Source: Oscillospiraceae bacterium | Lineage (GTDB): Bacteria > Bacillota > Clostridia > Oscillospirales > Oscillospiraceae | Reading direction: 5' to 3' | Assembly (NCBI GenBank): GCA_902760845.1 | Contig: CACWHX010000007.1 | Coordinates: 10,050-74,049, forward strand | Length of the DNA: 64,000 nucleotides | In this document: piece after piece, positions 52,141 to 61,944 of the stretch | Position numbering within the stretch: the first letter of the stretch is position 1 | How the letters are laid out: each line of letters opens with the position of its first letter | Program-made: the position numbers and the translations under genes | Notes under the pieces: generated by a model | Database searches by the model: none | Told to the model about the DNA's origin: nothing | Seen by the model: only the letters and a program-made list of their open reading frames with translations

Positions 52141-53172
52141 TTATTCCTTCATTCGGCGCTTGCGCGCGAGATTGACCATGCCGTCCTGCATATCGTTCAG
52201 ATTCATCAGCAGCTTGCCGCCGCCGAAGGCCGCGCAGGCAAGCGCGTCCTCCACAACAACGGTGGGGATTCCGGTATCCTTCTGGACAAGCTGGTCAAAC
52301 CCGAAGATCAGGCTTCCGCCGCCGGACATGAGAATGCCGTTCTCCGCGAGATCCGCCACCAGCTCCGGCGGCGTGCGCTCGAGCACCATATGGATGGTTT
52401 CCAGGATCGTCTTTGCCGGCTCCGCGATTGCCTCTACAAGCTCGACCGAGGTGATCTTCACGGATTTTGGAAGCCCGGTCGTGAGGCAGCGGCCCTTGAT
52501 CTCCTCCATGCCGATATCGCCGCGCGGCACGAGGCAGCCGATGCTGATCTTCAGATCCTCCGCGGTGCGCTTGCCGATGAGAATGTTGTGCTTCCGGCGG
52601 ATATAGCGGATGATCGCCTCGTCAAACGCATCGCCCGCGACCGGGATGGACTCGCACTCCACCACGCCGCCGAGCGAGACGACCGCGACCTCGGTCGTGC
52701 CGCCACCGATATCAATGATTAAGTGCCCGTCCGGCCGCGCGATGTCAATGCCCGCGCCCGCCGCCGTCGCGACGGCGGACTCCACCAGATAGACCTTGCG
52801 CGCGCCCGCCTCGATCACGGCGTCGATGACGTTTCGCTCCTCCACGCCGGTAACGCTGCTCGGCACCGTTACCAGCACGCGCGGCTTAAAAAGGCTGAAC
52901 GACGTGACGCGCGAGAGCAGCTCGTGCAGCATGGCAGCCGTCATATCATAGTCAGAGATCACACCGGCGTTGATCGGATGGATCGCAACGATGTTCGCCG
53001 GCGTGCGCCCCAGCATCTTCTGCGCGTCCTGCCCCGCCTTCAGCATTCGCCCGGTATACTTGTCCACCGCAACGATGGACGGCTCGCGAAGCATGATCCC
53101 CTTGCCGCGAACATAGACGAGGATGTTGCTGGTCCCCAGGTCAATCGCAATGTCTCGTTCAAAAATCATCAT
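52141..53172 (-). CDS. mreB: Rod shape-determining protein MreB
   Basis: DIAIDLGTSN, IIDIGGGTTEVAV and LSGGGSL motifs. 343 aa. Confidence 0.96.
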   Translation of the reverse strand: MMIFERDIAIDLGTSNILVYVRGKGIMLREPSIVAVDKYTGRMLKAGQDAQKMLGRTPANIVAIHPINAGVISDYDMTAAMLHELLSRVTSFSLFKPRVLVTVPSSVTGVEERNVIDAVIEAGARKVYLVESAVATAAGAGIDIARPDGHLIIDIGGGTTEVAVVSLGGVVECESIPVAGDAFDEAIIRYIRRKHNILIGKRTAEDLKISIGCLVPRGDIGMEEIKGRCLTTGLPKSVKITSVELVEAIAEPAKTILETIHMVLERTPPELVADLAENGILMSGGGSLIFGFDQLVQKDTGIPTVVVEDALACAAFGGGKLLMNLNDMQDGMVNLARKRRMKE

Positions 53173-53239
53173 ATGGAAGAACCTCCGTAAGGCCGCAGAG
53201 ACGGCCTCGTATTTTCATGGTTGCCGTTTTTTCAACCCA

Positions 53240-53908
53240 TTAGTCCCTTGCGCGGGCGACGCTGGCGCAGACGACCTGCTCCGCGCCGGCAAGCCCCAGC
53301 GTGCGTGCGCACTCAGAAAGCGTCGAGCCGGTCGTCACGATATCGTCCAGCAGCAGAACGCGCTTGTCGGCAATCGCCGCCGGGTCCAGGACCTGATATG
53401 CGCCCGCGATGTTGGCGCGTCGTTTCTCGGCGCTGCCGGTCCCGGACTGCGGCTGCGTGTGCACGACCTTTTTGAGCGTGGGGCGCGCCGTGGTATGCAA
53501 TTGCTTTGCGACCGCCTCGGCCAAGAGCCGGGCCTGGTCATAGCCGCGCCCTCGCAGGCGCTTCCGGCTGATCGGCACCCAGGAGATGATGTCATACTCC
53601 CCTGCCAGCTCGCCGCGGATGCAGTCCGCCACGAGCGGCGCGTAGGCCTTTGCATATCCGGTCGCGCCGTGAAATTTATATCGCAGAAGCGATTCGCGCA
53701 CGTCGCCCTCATAGTAAAGCGGTGAAACACACGCCGTCACAAAATCCGCCTTTTGCCGCCCGCCGCCGCTGGTATAAGGAAGCGACCGCAGACAGTCGTC
53801 GCAGATAAAGATTTCGCCGTTATCCACAAAGCGGCGGCAAAACGCACAGCGCGGCGGGTAAATCAGATCCAGTAAAAGCGTCTGAAGCTTCACGGCGCGA
53901 CCCCGCAT
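53240..53908 (-). CDS. comFC: ComF family protein (phosphoribosyltransferase domain, ComFC)
   Basis: N-terminal Cys pairs PPRCAFC...CDDC and PRT motif VLLLDDIVTTGSTL. GTG 53893 (GTGA overlap with the recD2 stop) is an alternative start. Confidence 0.85.
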   Translation of the reverse strand: MRGRAVKLQTLLLDLIYPPRCAFCRRFVDNGEIFICDDCLRSLPYTSGGGRQKADFVTACVSPLYYEGDVRESLLRYKFHGATGYAKAYAPLVADCIRGELAGEYDIISWVPISRKRLRGRGYDQARLLAEAVAKQLHTTARPTLKKVVHTQPQSGTGSAEKRRANIAGAYQVLDPAAIADKRVLLLDDIVTTGSTLSECARTLGLAGAEQVVCASVARARD

Positions 53909-56115
53909 TCCCCGCACAGGCGGGCGCGCAGGCCGCAGTAGCGTCTTCCCTGCCGCTGCCGGTCGATCATGGAATTGGCGATCTCCTCGTCGCCGACCGC
54001 GATCAGGAGCGATTTTGCGCGCGTGACAGCGGTATAGAGGACGCTGCGCGTCAGAAGCATCGGGCCCGCTCTTCCGACAGACAGCACGACCGCGCAGTAT
54101 TCGCTGCCCTGCGCCTTGTGCACCGTCATGGCCCATGCGTGCTCCAGCTCGCCCAACATATCAAAGCTGTAGGTCGCGTATTTTTCATCAAAATTGATCG
54201 TGAGCGTCTCCGCGGAGAGGTCGATGGACACGATCTGCCCCACGTCGCCGTTGAACACGCCCGTGCCGCACGCGGCGCCGCTTGCGGTTTTTAATACCAT
54301 ATCATAGTTGTTTCGAATTTGCATCACCCGGTCGCCCTCACGGAAGACCGTTTCGCCGAATTTGCGTTCCTTTTTCTGCTCCGCCGGGGGATTCAGCGCC
54401 GCCTGCAGGCGGATGTTCAGCGCAACGGAGCCTGTCTCATGCCGCCGCGTGGGCGTGAGCACCTGAATCTCGGCGGCGGGAATGCCCATGTTCTCCGGCA
54501 GACGGCGGGCGCAAAGCTCCACGATCGTCTCCACCGCGTGCGCCGGGTCGGTGCGGCGCAGGAAGAAGAAGTCGCCCTGATTGCGCGTCAGCGACGGGTG
54601 CTCTCCCCGATTGATGGCATGCGCATAGGACACGATGCTGCTGCCCGCGGACTGGCGAAAAATCTCCGTCAACCGGATGGTTGGGATGCGCGCGCTGCGG
54701 ATGATATCCGAAAACACGCTCCCCGGCCCCACAGACGGGAGCTGGTCCGCGTCGCCGACCAGAATCAGGCGGCACTCCGCCGGCAGCGCGCGCAAAAGCG
54801 CGCTCATGAGCGAGATGTCCACCATGGAGCATTCATCAAGGATGACCGCGTCGCAGGTGAGCGGGTCCTCCTCGTCGCGGTGAAAGATGATGTCCTGATG
54901 ATCCTCGGACATCCCGGCCTCCAGCAAACGATGAATGGTTTGCGCGCTCTGACCGGTCAGCTCGCTCATGCGCTTGGCGGCGCGGCCGGTTGGCGCGGCC
55001 AGCTGGGTATCCAGGCGCAGCGATTCAAACAGCGCAAGAATGGCGCGAATGGAGGTCGTTTTGCCCGTGCCGGGGCCGCCGGTGATGGCGATGACCTGAT
55101 GCATGCAGGCAAGCTCGATGGCCTCTTTCTGCTGCGCGGCAAACTGAATGCCGAGCTGCGACTCGATCTGCGCGGTGATGGCCGCAAAATCCGGCGTATA
55201 GCGATATTCCTCCGCGGCCATGGCCAGCAGCCGCGCGGCGGTGTAGGTCTCGTCGCGGTGCAGCCGGGAGAGATAGCAGCCCTGCACATTCGCCACCTGT
55301 TCGCAGACGATCTCTCCGCTTTCCAGAAGCAGCTCCAGGCTGGCCGCCGCAAGCGACCTGTCCACGGCAATGAGCTGCGCGGTCGCGTCGGCAAGCTTCT
55401 CCCGCGGGATGAAGCAATGTCCGCCGCGGGCGTTATACGCCAGCTCAAACAGCAGCGCCGCCGCGACGCGCTCGGGACTGTCTCCCGAAAAACCATGGCT
55501 GAGCGCGAGCGCGTCCGCCTCGGCAAACGTCGCGCCGATCATGTCCGACGCGAGAATGTACGGATTTTCCTGCACCAGCTCCAGCGCACATTCCCCGTAA
55601 TACTGGTACATGCGCACGGCGATAACCGGGCGGATCGAGCCGGCCGCGAGAAACTCGATCAGCCGCCGCAGCCCTGCCTGTTGCCGGAACTGCGCGGACA
55701 TTTCCTTTGCCTTTTGTGGGCTGATTCCTTTGATTTCACAGAGCTTCTCCGGGTGATATTCCAGCACATTCAGCGTGTCGATGCCAAAGCGGGTCACGAG
55801 CATGGAGGCCGTGGCCGGACCGATGCCCTTCACGGTGCGCCCGGCGAGATATTGATAGATCGCGTCCGCCGATTCCGGCATTGTGCGCTCCACAAACTCC
55901 GCCTTGAACTGCTCGCCGTGCGACGGGTGCCGCACCCAGCTCCCGCTGACTGTCATCAGCTCGCCGGGCGCGGCAAAGGGAATGCAGCCGAGCACCGTGA
56001 CCTGACTGCCGTCGTCCACGTCCATGCGCAAAATGGCGTAGCCATTTTCCTCGTTTTGATAGATGACGGAATCAATGCTTCCGCTCAATTCTGTTTGGCT
56101 TCTGTTTTCCTCCAT
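53890..56115 (-). CDS. recD2: ATP-dependent RecD-like DNA helicase (RecD2)
   Basis: 741 aa. Walker A GGPGTGKTT, DECSMVD, HhH region, C-terminal VHKAQGSEY...YTAVTRAK. Confidence 0.95.
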   Translation of the reverse strand: MEENRSQTELSGSIDSVIYQNEENGYAILRMDVDDGSQVTVLGCIPFAAPGELMTVSGSWVRHPSHGEQFKAEFVERTMPESADAIYQYLAGRTVKGIGPATASMLVTRFGIDTLNVLEYHPEKLCEIKGISPQKAKEMSAQFRQQAGLRRLIEFLAAGSIRPVIAVRMYQYYGECALELVQENPYILASDMIGATFAEADALALSHGFSGDSPERVAAALLFELAYNARGGHCFIPREKLADATAQLIAVDRSLAAASLELLLESGEIVCEQVANVQGCYLSRLHRDETYTAARLLAMAAEEYRYTPDFAAITAQIESQLGIQFAAQQKEAIELACMHQVIAITGGPGTGKTTSIRAILALFESLRLDTQLAAPTGRAAKRMSELTGQSAQTIHRLLEAGMSEDHQDIIFHRDEEDPLTCDAVILDECSMVDISLMSALLRALPAECRLILVGDADQLPSVGPGSVFSDIIRSARIPTIRLTEIFRQSAGSSIVSYAHAINRGEHPSLTRNQGDFFFLRRTDPAHAVETIVELCARRLPENMGIPAAEIQVLTPTRRHETGSVALNIRLQAALNPPAEQKKERKFGETVFREGDRVMQIRNNYDMVLKTASGAACGTGVFNGDVGQIVSIDLSAETLTINFDEKYATYSFDMLGELEHAWAMTVHKAQGSEYCAVVLSVGRAGPMLLTRSVLYTAVTRAKSLLIAVGDEEIANSMIDRQRQGRRYCGLRARLCGECGVAP

Positions 56116-56435
56116 AGGGGTCCATCCTCATCCTTTGGGAATACATAGATCCGGCCGGACTGCTCGGCAAGCTTATGCGCGACGGTCGCCGCCTCGGGCG
56201 TCAGCCCGTCGTCCAGCAGCAGAATGTCCGCCTGCATCGCGCCGCTGTCGCGCAGCCACAAAAGCCCGTGCAGCAGCGATTCCAGCTCCGGCGCGGCGCC
56301 AGACGCCGTGACAAAAACCGTCAGCGCCGTGTTTTCACCGGGCTGCACCGGCGTAAGCAGCTTTGCGCGCGCCCGCCACAGCAGCGTGCCAAGCGCAAGC
56401 ACGAGCAAGCAGCACAAAAACATTTCAAGGACCAT
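56085..56435 (-). CDS. Hypothetical membrane-anchored small protein
   Basis: 116 aa from ATG 56435 (RBS GGGAGGCGG). One N-terminal helix. Its 3' end overlaps the recD2 start by 31 nt. No family recognised. Confidence 0.45.
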   Translation of the reverse strand: MVLEMFLCCLLVLALGTLLWRARAKLLTPVQPGENTALTVFVTASGAAPELESLLHGLLWLRDSGAMQADILLLDDGLTPEAATVAHKLAEQSGRIYVFPKDEDGPLWRKTEAKQN

Positions 56436-56506
56436 AATACCGCCTCCCGTTTTCATTCTATGAAAACGGCGGCACAATGTGTGTTTTCCGTGCCGAAACG
56501 GCGCGT

Positions 56507-59335
56507 TTATGCCTCCAGCACCGATTTCAGGAACTGCCCGGTATGGCTTTCCGCGCACTGGGCGCATTCCTCCGGCGTGCCGGCAAAGACAACCTCCCCG
56601 CCCTGGTCGCCGCCCTCCGGGCCAAGATCAATGATGTGATCGGCGACCTTGATGACATGGAGATTGTGCTCGATGACAATAACGGTGTTGCCCGCGTCCG
56701 TGAGCTTTCCGAGCATGTCGATCAGGCGGTGAACATCCGCGATGTGGAGCCCCGTGGTCGGCTCGTCCAGCACATATACCGTCTGCCCCGTGCTGCGCCG
56801 GGAGAGCTCCGTTGCGAGCTTGATGCGCTGCGCCTCGCCGCCGGAAAGCGTCGTGGCCGGCTGCCCCAGCCGGACATAGCCCAGGCCAACGTCCAGCATC
56901 GTTTGCAGGCGGCTGTGGATCTTCTCCTGATTCCTGAAAAAATCCGCCGCTTCCTCTATGGTCATATCCAGCACTTCGGCAATGTTTTTGCCCTTGTAGC
57001 GCACCTCCAGCGTTTCGCGGTTGTAGCGTCTGCCGTGGCAGACCTCGCACGGGACATACACATCCGGCAGGAAGTGCATCTCGATCTTGAGCAGGCCGTC
57101 GCCCGCGCACGCCTCGCAGCGTCCGCCGCGCACGTTGAACGAAAAGCGTCCCGCGCCGTAGCCGCGCATTTTCGCGTCTTGCGTGGAGGCGAAGAGCGTT
57201 CGGATATCGTCAAACAGGCCCGTATACGTCGCCGGATTGGAGCGCGGAGAACGTCCGATGGGGCTTTGGTCGATGTTGATGATCTTGTCAATATACTCCA
57301 GACCGTCGATGCCGTCGCACTTGCCGGGACGGAGCTTCGCGCGGTGCAGATCGGCCGCGAGCTTTTTATACAGAATGTCGTTGATCAGCGAGGACTTGCC
57401 ACTGCCGGATACACCGGTGACGCAGGTCATCACGCCGAGCGGGATGGAGACATCGATGTGCTTCAGATTGTTCTGTGCCGCGCCTCGAATAACAAGCGTG
57501 TGTCCGTTTCCCTTTCGCCGCTCTGACGGAACGGGGATCCGCCGCCTGCCGGAGAGATATTGCCCCGTAATCGAGCGCTCGCAGGCGCAGACATCGTCCG
57601 CCGTCCCGGCGCAGACGACCTCGCCGCCGTGCACCCCGGCGCCGGGGCCAATGTCAATGAGATAGTCCGCCGCGCGCATCGTGTCCTCGTCGTGCTCCAC
57701 AACGATCAGCGTGTTTCCCAGGTCGCGCAGATTGCAGAGCGTGCGCAGCAGCTTTTCATTGTCCCGCTGATGCAGCCCGATCGACGGCTCATCCAGAATG
57801 TACAGCACGCCCATGAGCGAGGACCCGATCTGCGTCGCAAGACGGATGCGCTGGCTCTCGCCGCCGGAGAGCGTCCCGGCAGAGCGAGAAAGCGTGAGAT
57901 ACTGCAGACCCACATCCTGCAAAAAGTGCAGACGAACGCGCACCTCGCGCAGGATGCTCTCCGCAATCATGGCCTGCTTTTCCGTAAGGCGCAGACTGTC
58001 GAGAAACCGCAGCTCCTCTACAATGGAGAGATGCGTAAACTCCGTGATGTTCAGCCCGCCGAGCGTGACGGCCAGAACCTCCTTTTTCAGACGCGCGCCA
58101 TGACAGTCCGGGCAGTCGATCTCCGCCATGCAGCCCTCCAGCTCCGCGCGCATGCCGGGGCTTTGCGTCTCCTGATGGCGGCGTTCGAGATTGTTGACGA
58201 TGCCCTCAAACGGGCGGGAAAGCGTGCCTCTCCCGCGCTCGGTGTCATAGTACATGGTGAGCTTTTCGTTGCCCGTGCCGTAGAAAAGAACGTCTTTGAT
58301 CGTTTTTGACAGATCGCGGATCGGCGTCGTGAGCTTGAAATGATACTTTTTCGCCAACGCCTCAAAATACATGCGGCTGACCGTGTCGTCCTTCGGCTTT
58401 GCCCAGCCGTTTGCGACGATGCCGCCATCCATGATCGACAGCGATGGGTCCGGCACGATCAGCTCCGGATCGACCCGCAGCTGCGTGCCGAGTCCGCTGC
58501 ACGTCGGGCATGCGCCGTAGGGATTGTTGAATGAAAACATGCGCGGCGTGACCTCCTCGATGGAGATGCCGCAGTCCTCGCAGGCGTAATTCTGCGAAAA
58601 CAAAAGCTCCTTCTGCTGGTCGATCACGTCCGCGAGTACGATGCCGCCGGAGAGCGCCGACGCGGTCTCCACCGCGTCGGTCAGGCGGCGGTTCATATCC
58701 GGGCGGATCACGAGACGGTCCACCACGATCTCAATATTGTGCTTGATATTCTTATCCAGTCTGATCTCCTCTGAGAGATCATAGATGCTGCCGTCCACAC
58801 GGACGCGCACATAGCCGGAGCGACGCGCGTCCTCAAACACCTTGGCGTATTCGCCCTTGCGGGCGCGAACGACCGGCGCTAGAATCTGCACCCGCGTCGC
58901 CTCCGGCAGCGCGCAGATCTGATCGACGATCTGATCGATCGTCTGCTGGCGAATCTCCTTGCCGCAGTTCGGGCAGTGCGGCGTGCCGACGCGCGCCCAC
59001 AGCAGGCGAAGATAGTCGTAGATCTCCGTCACGGTGCCGACGGTGGAGCGCGGGTTGCGGCTGGTCGTCTTCTGGTCGATGGAAATGGCGGGGGACATAC
59101 CGTCGATGGCGTCCACGTCCGGCTTGTCCATCTGGCCAAGGAACTGCCGCGCATAGGAAGAGAGACTTTCCACATAGCGGCGCTGCCCCTCGGCAAAAAT
59201 GGTATCGAATGCAAGACTGGATTTTCCGGAGCCGGAAAGCCCGGTCATGACGACGAGTTTGTTGCGCGGGATCTCAACGTCAATGTTCTTCAGATTGTTC
59301 TCCCGCGCGCCTTTTACGGAAATGCTGTCGCGCAT
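56507..59335 (-). CDS. uvrA: Excinuclease ABC subunit A
   Basis: Two ABC modules ([18 protein letters not shown]; [16 protein letters not shown]) and Zn fingers. ATG 59335 follows GGGAGG. Confidence 0.97.
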   Translation of the reverse strand: MRDSISVKGARENNLKNIDVEIPRNKLVVMTGLSGSGKSSLAFDTIFAEGQRRYVESLSSYARQFLGQMDKPDVDAIDGMSPAISIDQKTTSRNPRSTVGTVTEIYDYLRLLWARVGTPHCPNCGKEIRQQTIDQIVDQICALPEATRVQILAPVVRARKGEYAKVFEDARRSGYVRVRVDGSIYDLSEEIRLDKNIKHNIEIVVDRLVIRPDMNRRLTDAVETASALSGGIVLADVIDQQKELLFSQNYACEDCGISIEEVTPRMFSFNNPYGACPTCSGLGTQLRVDPELIVPDPSLSIMDGGIVANGWAKPKDDTVSRMYFEALAKKYHFKLTTPIRDLSKTIKDVLFYGTGNEKLTMYYDTERGRGTLSRPFEGIVNNLERRHQETQSPGMRAELEGCMAEIDCPDCHGARLKKEVLAVTLGGLNITEFTHLSIVEELRFLDSLRLTEKQAMIAESILREVRVRLHFLQDVGLQYLTLSRSAGTLSGGESQRIRLATQIGSSLMGVLYILDEPSIGLHQRDNEKLLRTLCNLRDLGNTLIVVEHDEDTMRAADYLIDIGPGAGVHGGEVVCAGTADDVCACERSITGQYLSGRRRIPVPSERRKGNGHTLVIRGAAQNNLKHIDVSIPLGVMTCVTGVSGSGKSSLINDILYKKLAADLHRAKLRPGKCDGIDGLEYIDKIINIDQSPIGRSPRSNPATYTGLFDDIRTLFASTQDAKMRGYGAGRFSFNVRGGRCEACAGDGLLKIEMHFLPDVYVPCEVCHGRRYNRETLEVRYKGKNIAEVLDMTIEEAADFFRNQEKIHSRLQTMLDVGLGYVRLGQPATTLSGGEAQRIKLATELSRRSTGQTVYVLDEPTTGLHIADVHRLIDMLGKLTDAGNTVIVIEHNLHVIKVADHIIDLGPEGGDQGGEVVFAGTPEECAQCAESHTGQFLKSVLEA

Positions 59336-59348
59336 AGTGCCTCCCAAA

Positions 59349-59840
59349 TTATTCTTCTTCTGTCAGTGGCGCGGTGTCTCCGCGCACGAGCGCAAGGAGC
59401 GCCGCAGGCTGCAGCTCCACCTGAAAGCCGATTTTTCCGGCGCTGACGACGATCGTCTCCTGCGCCGCCGCGGATACATCCAGCACGGTTCGGTAGAGCT
59501 TCTTCATTCCAACCGGCGAGCAGCCGCCGCGGACATACCCTGTGAGCGCGGTAATCTCGCTCGCATGGATCATGGCGACGGACTTCTCCCCCACGGCCCG
59601 GGCAGCCTTTTTCAGGTCCAGCTCCCTGTCCACGGGAATGATGAAAACATAGGGCGTTTTGCTTGCGCCGCGCGCGACAAGCGTCTTAAACACGCGCGAT
59701 GGGGGCATGCCGATCATCTGCGCGGCGGTGACGCCGTCCACGGGGGCGTCTGAGTGCGGGTAGGCATGCGGCGTGTAGGGAATCTTTTTCTGCTCCAGCA
59801 GACGCATGACATTTGTTTTTTCGAAAGCTGCTTTCGCCAT
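59349..59840 (-). CDS. ybaK: Cys-tRNA(Pro)/Cys-tRNA(Cys) deacylase YbaK
   Basis: [19 protein letters not shown] and [14 protein letters not shown] motifs. ATG 59840. Confidence 0.9.
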   Translation of the reverse strand: MAKAAFEKTNVMRLLEQKKIPYTPHAYPHSDAPVDGVTAAQMIGMPPSRVFKTLVARGASKTPYVFIIPVDRELDLKKAARAVGEKSVAMIHASEITALTGYVRGGCSPVGMKKLYRTVLDVSAAAQETIVVSAGKIGFQVELQPAALLALVRGDTAPLTEEE

Positions 59841-59952
59841 GATGCTTTCACCTCGATTCACTCGACTCAATGCTTACTCGTTCCAATATTGTTATATTAT
59901 ATCGGATTTCCCGCCCGCTTTCAAGACGTGTTTGCAGGTTTTATGACCCGCC

Positions 59953-59981
59953 TTGTCACGAGTTTCTTGATGTGGTATAAT
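59953..59981 (+). promoter_or_regulatory. Candidate promoter of the barnase-barstar-gluQ operon
   Basis: TTGTCA-17 nt-TATAAT. Confidence 0.5.
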
Positions 59982-60055
59982 AATTGCGGCTGCGCAGCTA
60001 TTATACGATTTTATGTCGTTTTTCTCGTTCCTGATGGGGCGATCGAGAACATGAC

Positions 60056-60095
60056 AAATCATACCATACGCTCTGCGAGCGTATGGTATGATTTT
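60056..60095 (+). promoter_or_regulatory. 18-bp perfect-stem hairpin in the 5' leader of the barnase gene (possible attenuator)
   Basis: AAATCATACCATACGCTC-TGC-GAGCGTATGGTATGATTT followed by only a short T-run. It lies 29 nt upstream of the ATG. Confidence 0.45.
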
Positions 60096-60123
60096 AGCAC
60101 TACGATACGCAAGGAGATTCCAC

Positions 60124-60627
60124 ATGAAGATGAACCTGAGGAGACAGATGGCGCTGCTGCTTCTGCTGGCGCTGCTGCTGGGTGTATGCGCGGCGTGTGG
60201 ATCGGCAAAACAACAGACGCCTGCCGCCGGGTCCGGGATGCAGACGCCGCAGGCCAGCACTGTGGAGCTGCTTGACCCGGATGGGGTCTACACATCCAAA
60301 GACGATGTGGCGCTTTATATCCACCAATACGGCCGCCTTCCGTCCAACTTCATCACCAAGGATGAGGCCCGGCAGCTTGGCTGGCCGGGCGGCTCCCTGG
60401 AGCCCTATGCGCCGGGCATGTGCATCGGCGGAAGCCTGTTTGGAAATTATGAGGGCCTGCTGCCGGAGGCGGATGGGCGCGTCTACACCGAGTGCGACAT
60501 CGACACGCTGGGCGCCGACACGCGCGGGGCGAAGCGGATCGTGTTTTCCAACGACGGACTGATCTACTACACGGACGATCACTACGCCTCCTTTGAGCTG
60601 TTATATGGAGATGCGGAACATGACTGA
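60124..60627 (+). CDS. Barnase-family extracellular ribonuclease, lipoprotein precursor
   Basis: Lipobox LLLGVCAACG. ITKDEARQLGW...CIGGSLFGNYEGLLPE...YTECDID...RIVFSNDGLIYYTDDHYASF is collinear with barnase, including the catalytic Glu and His. Confidence 0.92.
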   Translation: MKMNLRRQMALLLLLALLLGVCAACGSAKQQTPAAGSGMQTPQASTVELLDPDGVYTSKDDVALYIHQYGRLPSNFITKDEARQLGWPGGSLEPYAPGMCIGGSLFGNYEGLLPEADGRVYTECDIDTLGADTRGAKRIVFSNDGLIYYTDDHYASFELLYGDAEHD

Positions 60628-60907
60628 TTGCACGATCTATGGACACGAAATACAAAACGAAGCGATGCTGCATGACGCACTGGCGAAGACGCTGCGCCTT
60701 CCGGCGTGGTATGGGCGAAATCTCGACGCGCTCCACGACTGCCTTACGGATCTGACCGAGGCGACGACGCTGACGATTTACGGCTGGGATGCGCTGTCCG
60801 CCGCGCTCGGCGCGCGCGCCGAGCGTGTGAAGCGGGCGCTGGAGGACGCGGCCGCCGAGAACCCGGCGTTTTCCGTGCGTCTTTTGGAAGCTGCCGATGA
60901 AATCTGA
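60620..60907 (+). CDS. Barstar-family ribonuclease inhibitor
   Basis: LRLPAWYGRNLDALHDCLTDL matches the barstar YGENLDALWDCLTG motif. The start overlaps the RNase stop. Confidence 0.92.
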   Translation: MTDCTIYGHEIQNEAMLHDALAKTLRLPAWYGRNLDALHDCLTDLTEATTLTIYGWDALSAALGARAERVKRALEDAAAENPAFSVRLLEAADEI

Positions 60908-61844
60908 TTCGACGACCGTCCGCGGGCGTTTTGCGCCCAGCCCCAGCGGGCGCCTGCATCTGGGAAACATGCTCTCCTCCCTGCTGGCGTGGCTGGATGT
61001 GCGCAGTCTGGGCGGCACGATGCTGTTTCGGCTGGAGGATCTCGATCCGGATCGCAGCTGGATGAGATATGCCGAGCAGATGGCGGACGACCTGCTCTGG
61101 CTTGGGCTGGATTGGGACGAGGGCTGGCGCCCCGGCAGCGACGCCTTCCGGCAGGGTCTGCGTGCGCAGCGATATGCCGCGGCGCTTGACACCCTGCAGC
61201 AGCGCGGAAGGGTCTATGACTGCTATTGCAGCCGCGCCGAACGCCTGGCGGCCTCCGCGCCGCATCCCGGCGAACCGGGAGACTCCGGCTGCCGCTGCCG
61301 CTTGCTCAGTGCGGAGGAGCTTCAGACCAGGCAGCGCCTGGGCCGCCGCCCGGCGCGAAAGCTCGCAGTTGACACATGTGAAATCCGGTGGAATGACGGA
61401 CATTACGGCCCGCAGCGCCATGAGCTGCGGGCTGGTACAGATGATTTCATCATCCGGCGTTCGGACGGGGTCTTTGCCTATCAGCTCGCCGTGTCGGTGG
61501 ACGACATGGAGATGGGCGTGACGCGCGTGGTGCGCGCGCACGATCTGCTCGATTCCACGCCGCGGCAGATTTGGCTGATCCGTCAGCTGGGCGGCTTACC
61601 GCCGGAATATTGCCACGCCCCGCTGCTTGTCGCGCCGGACGGGCGCAAGCTTTCCAAGCGCGAGGGCGACTTGAATATGGAATATTTCCGTCTGCATGAC
61701 ACTCCGGAGAAGCTGCTCGGCATTCTGGCGAAGCTCGCCGGCCTGCGGGACACAGACGCGCCCGTTTCGGCGGCGGAGCTGATCGAGGACTTTTCATGGG
61801 ACAAGGTGCCGAAGCAGAATGTGATCGTTCCAGAGAATCTGTAA
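60897..61844 (+). CDS. gluQ: tRNA glutamyl-Q(34) synthetase (GluQRS)
   Basis: Truncated GluRS catalytic core. RFAPSPSGRLHLGN (HIGH), Zn-binding CYCSR...C.C, KLSKR (KMSKS-like). The start overlaps the barstar stop by 11 nt. Confidence 0.9.
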   Translation: MKSDSTTVRGRFAPSPSGRLHLGNMLSSLLAWLDVRSLGGTMLFRLEDLDPDRSWMRYAEQMADDLLWLGLDWDEGWRPGSDAFRQGLRAQRYAAALDTLQQRGRVYDCYCSRAERLAASAPHPGEPGDSGCRCRLLSAEELQTRQRLGRRPARKLAVDTCEIRWNDGHYGPQRHELRAGTDDFIIRRSDGVFAYQLAVSVDDMEMGVTRVVRAHDLLDSTPRQIWLIRQLGGLPPEYCHAPLLVAPDGRKLSKREGDLNMEYFRLHDTPEKLLGILAKLAGLRDTDAPVSAAELIEDFSWDKVPKQNVIVPENL

Positions 61845-61879
61845 CGCGGCACGGACAGCAGCCAGCTCATCCAATATCA

Positions 61880-61919
61880 AAAACGGAGTCTGTATTTTGA
61901 TCCATACAGGCTCCGTTTT
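61880..61919. terminator. Bidirectional terminator between gluQ and the AP2-domain gene
   Basis: AAAACGGAGTCTGTAT...ATACAGGCTCCGTTTT. Confidence 0.7.
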
Positions 61920-61944
61920 ATTGTCTTTTAGAATAATTTCAGCG

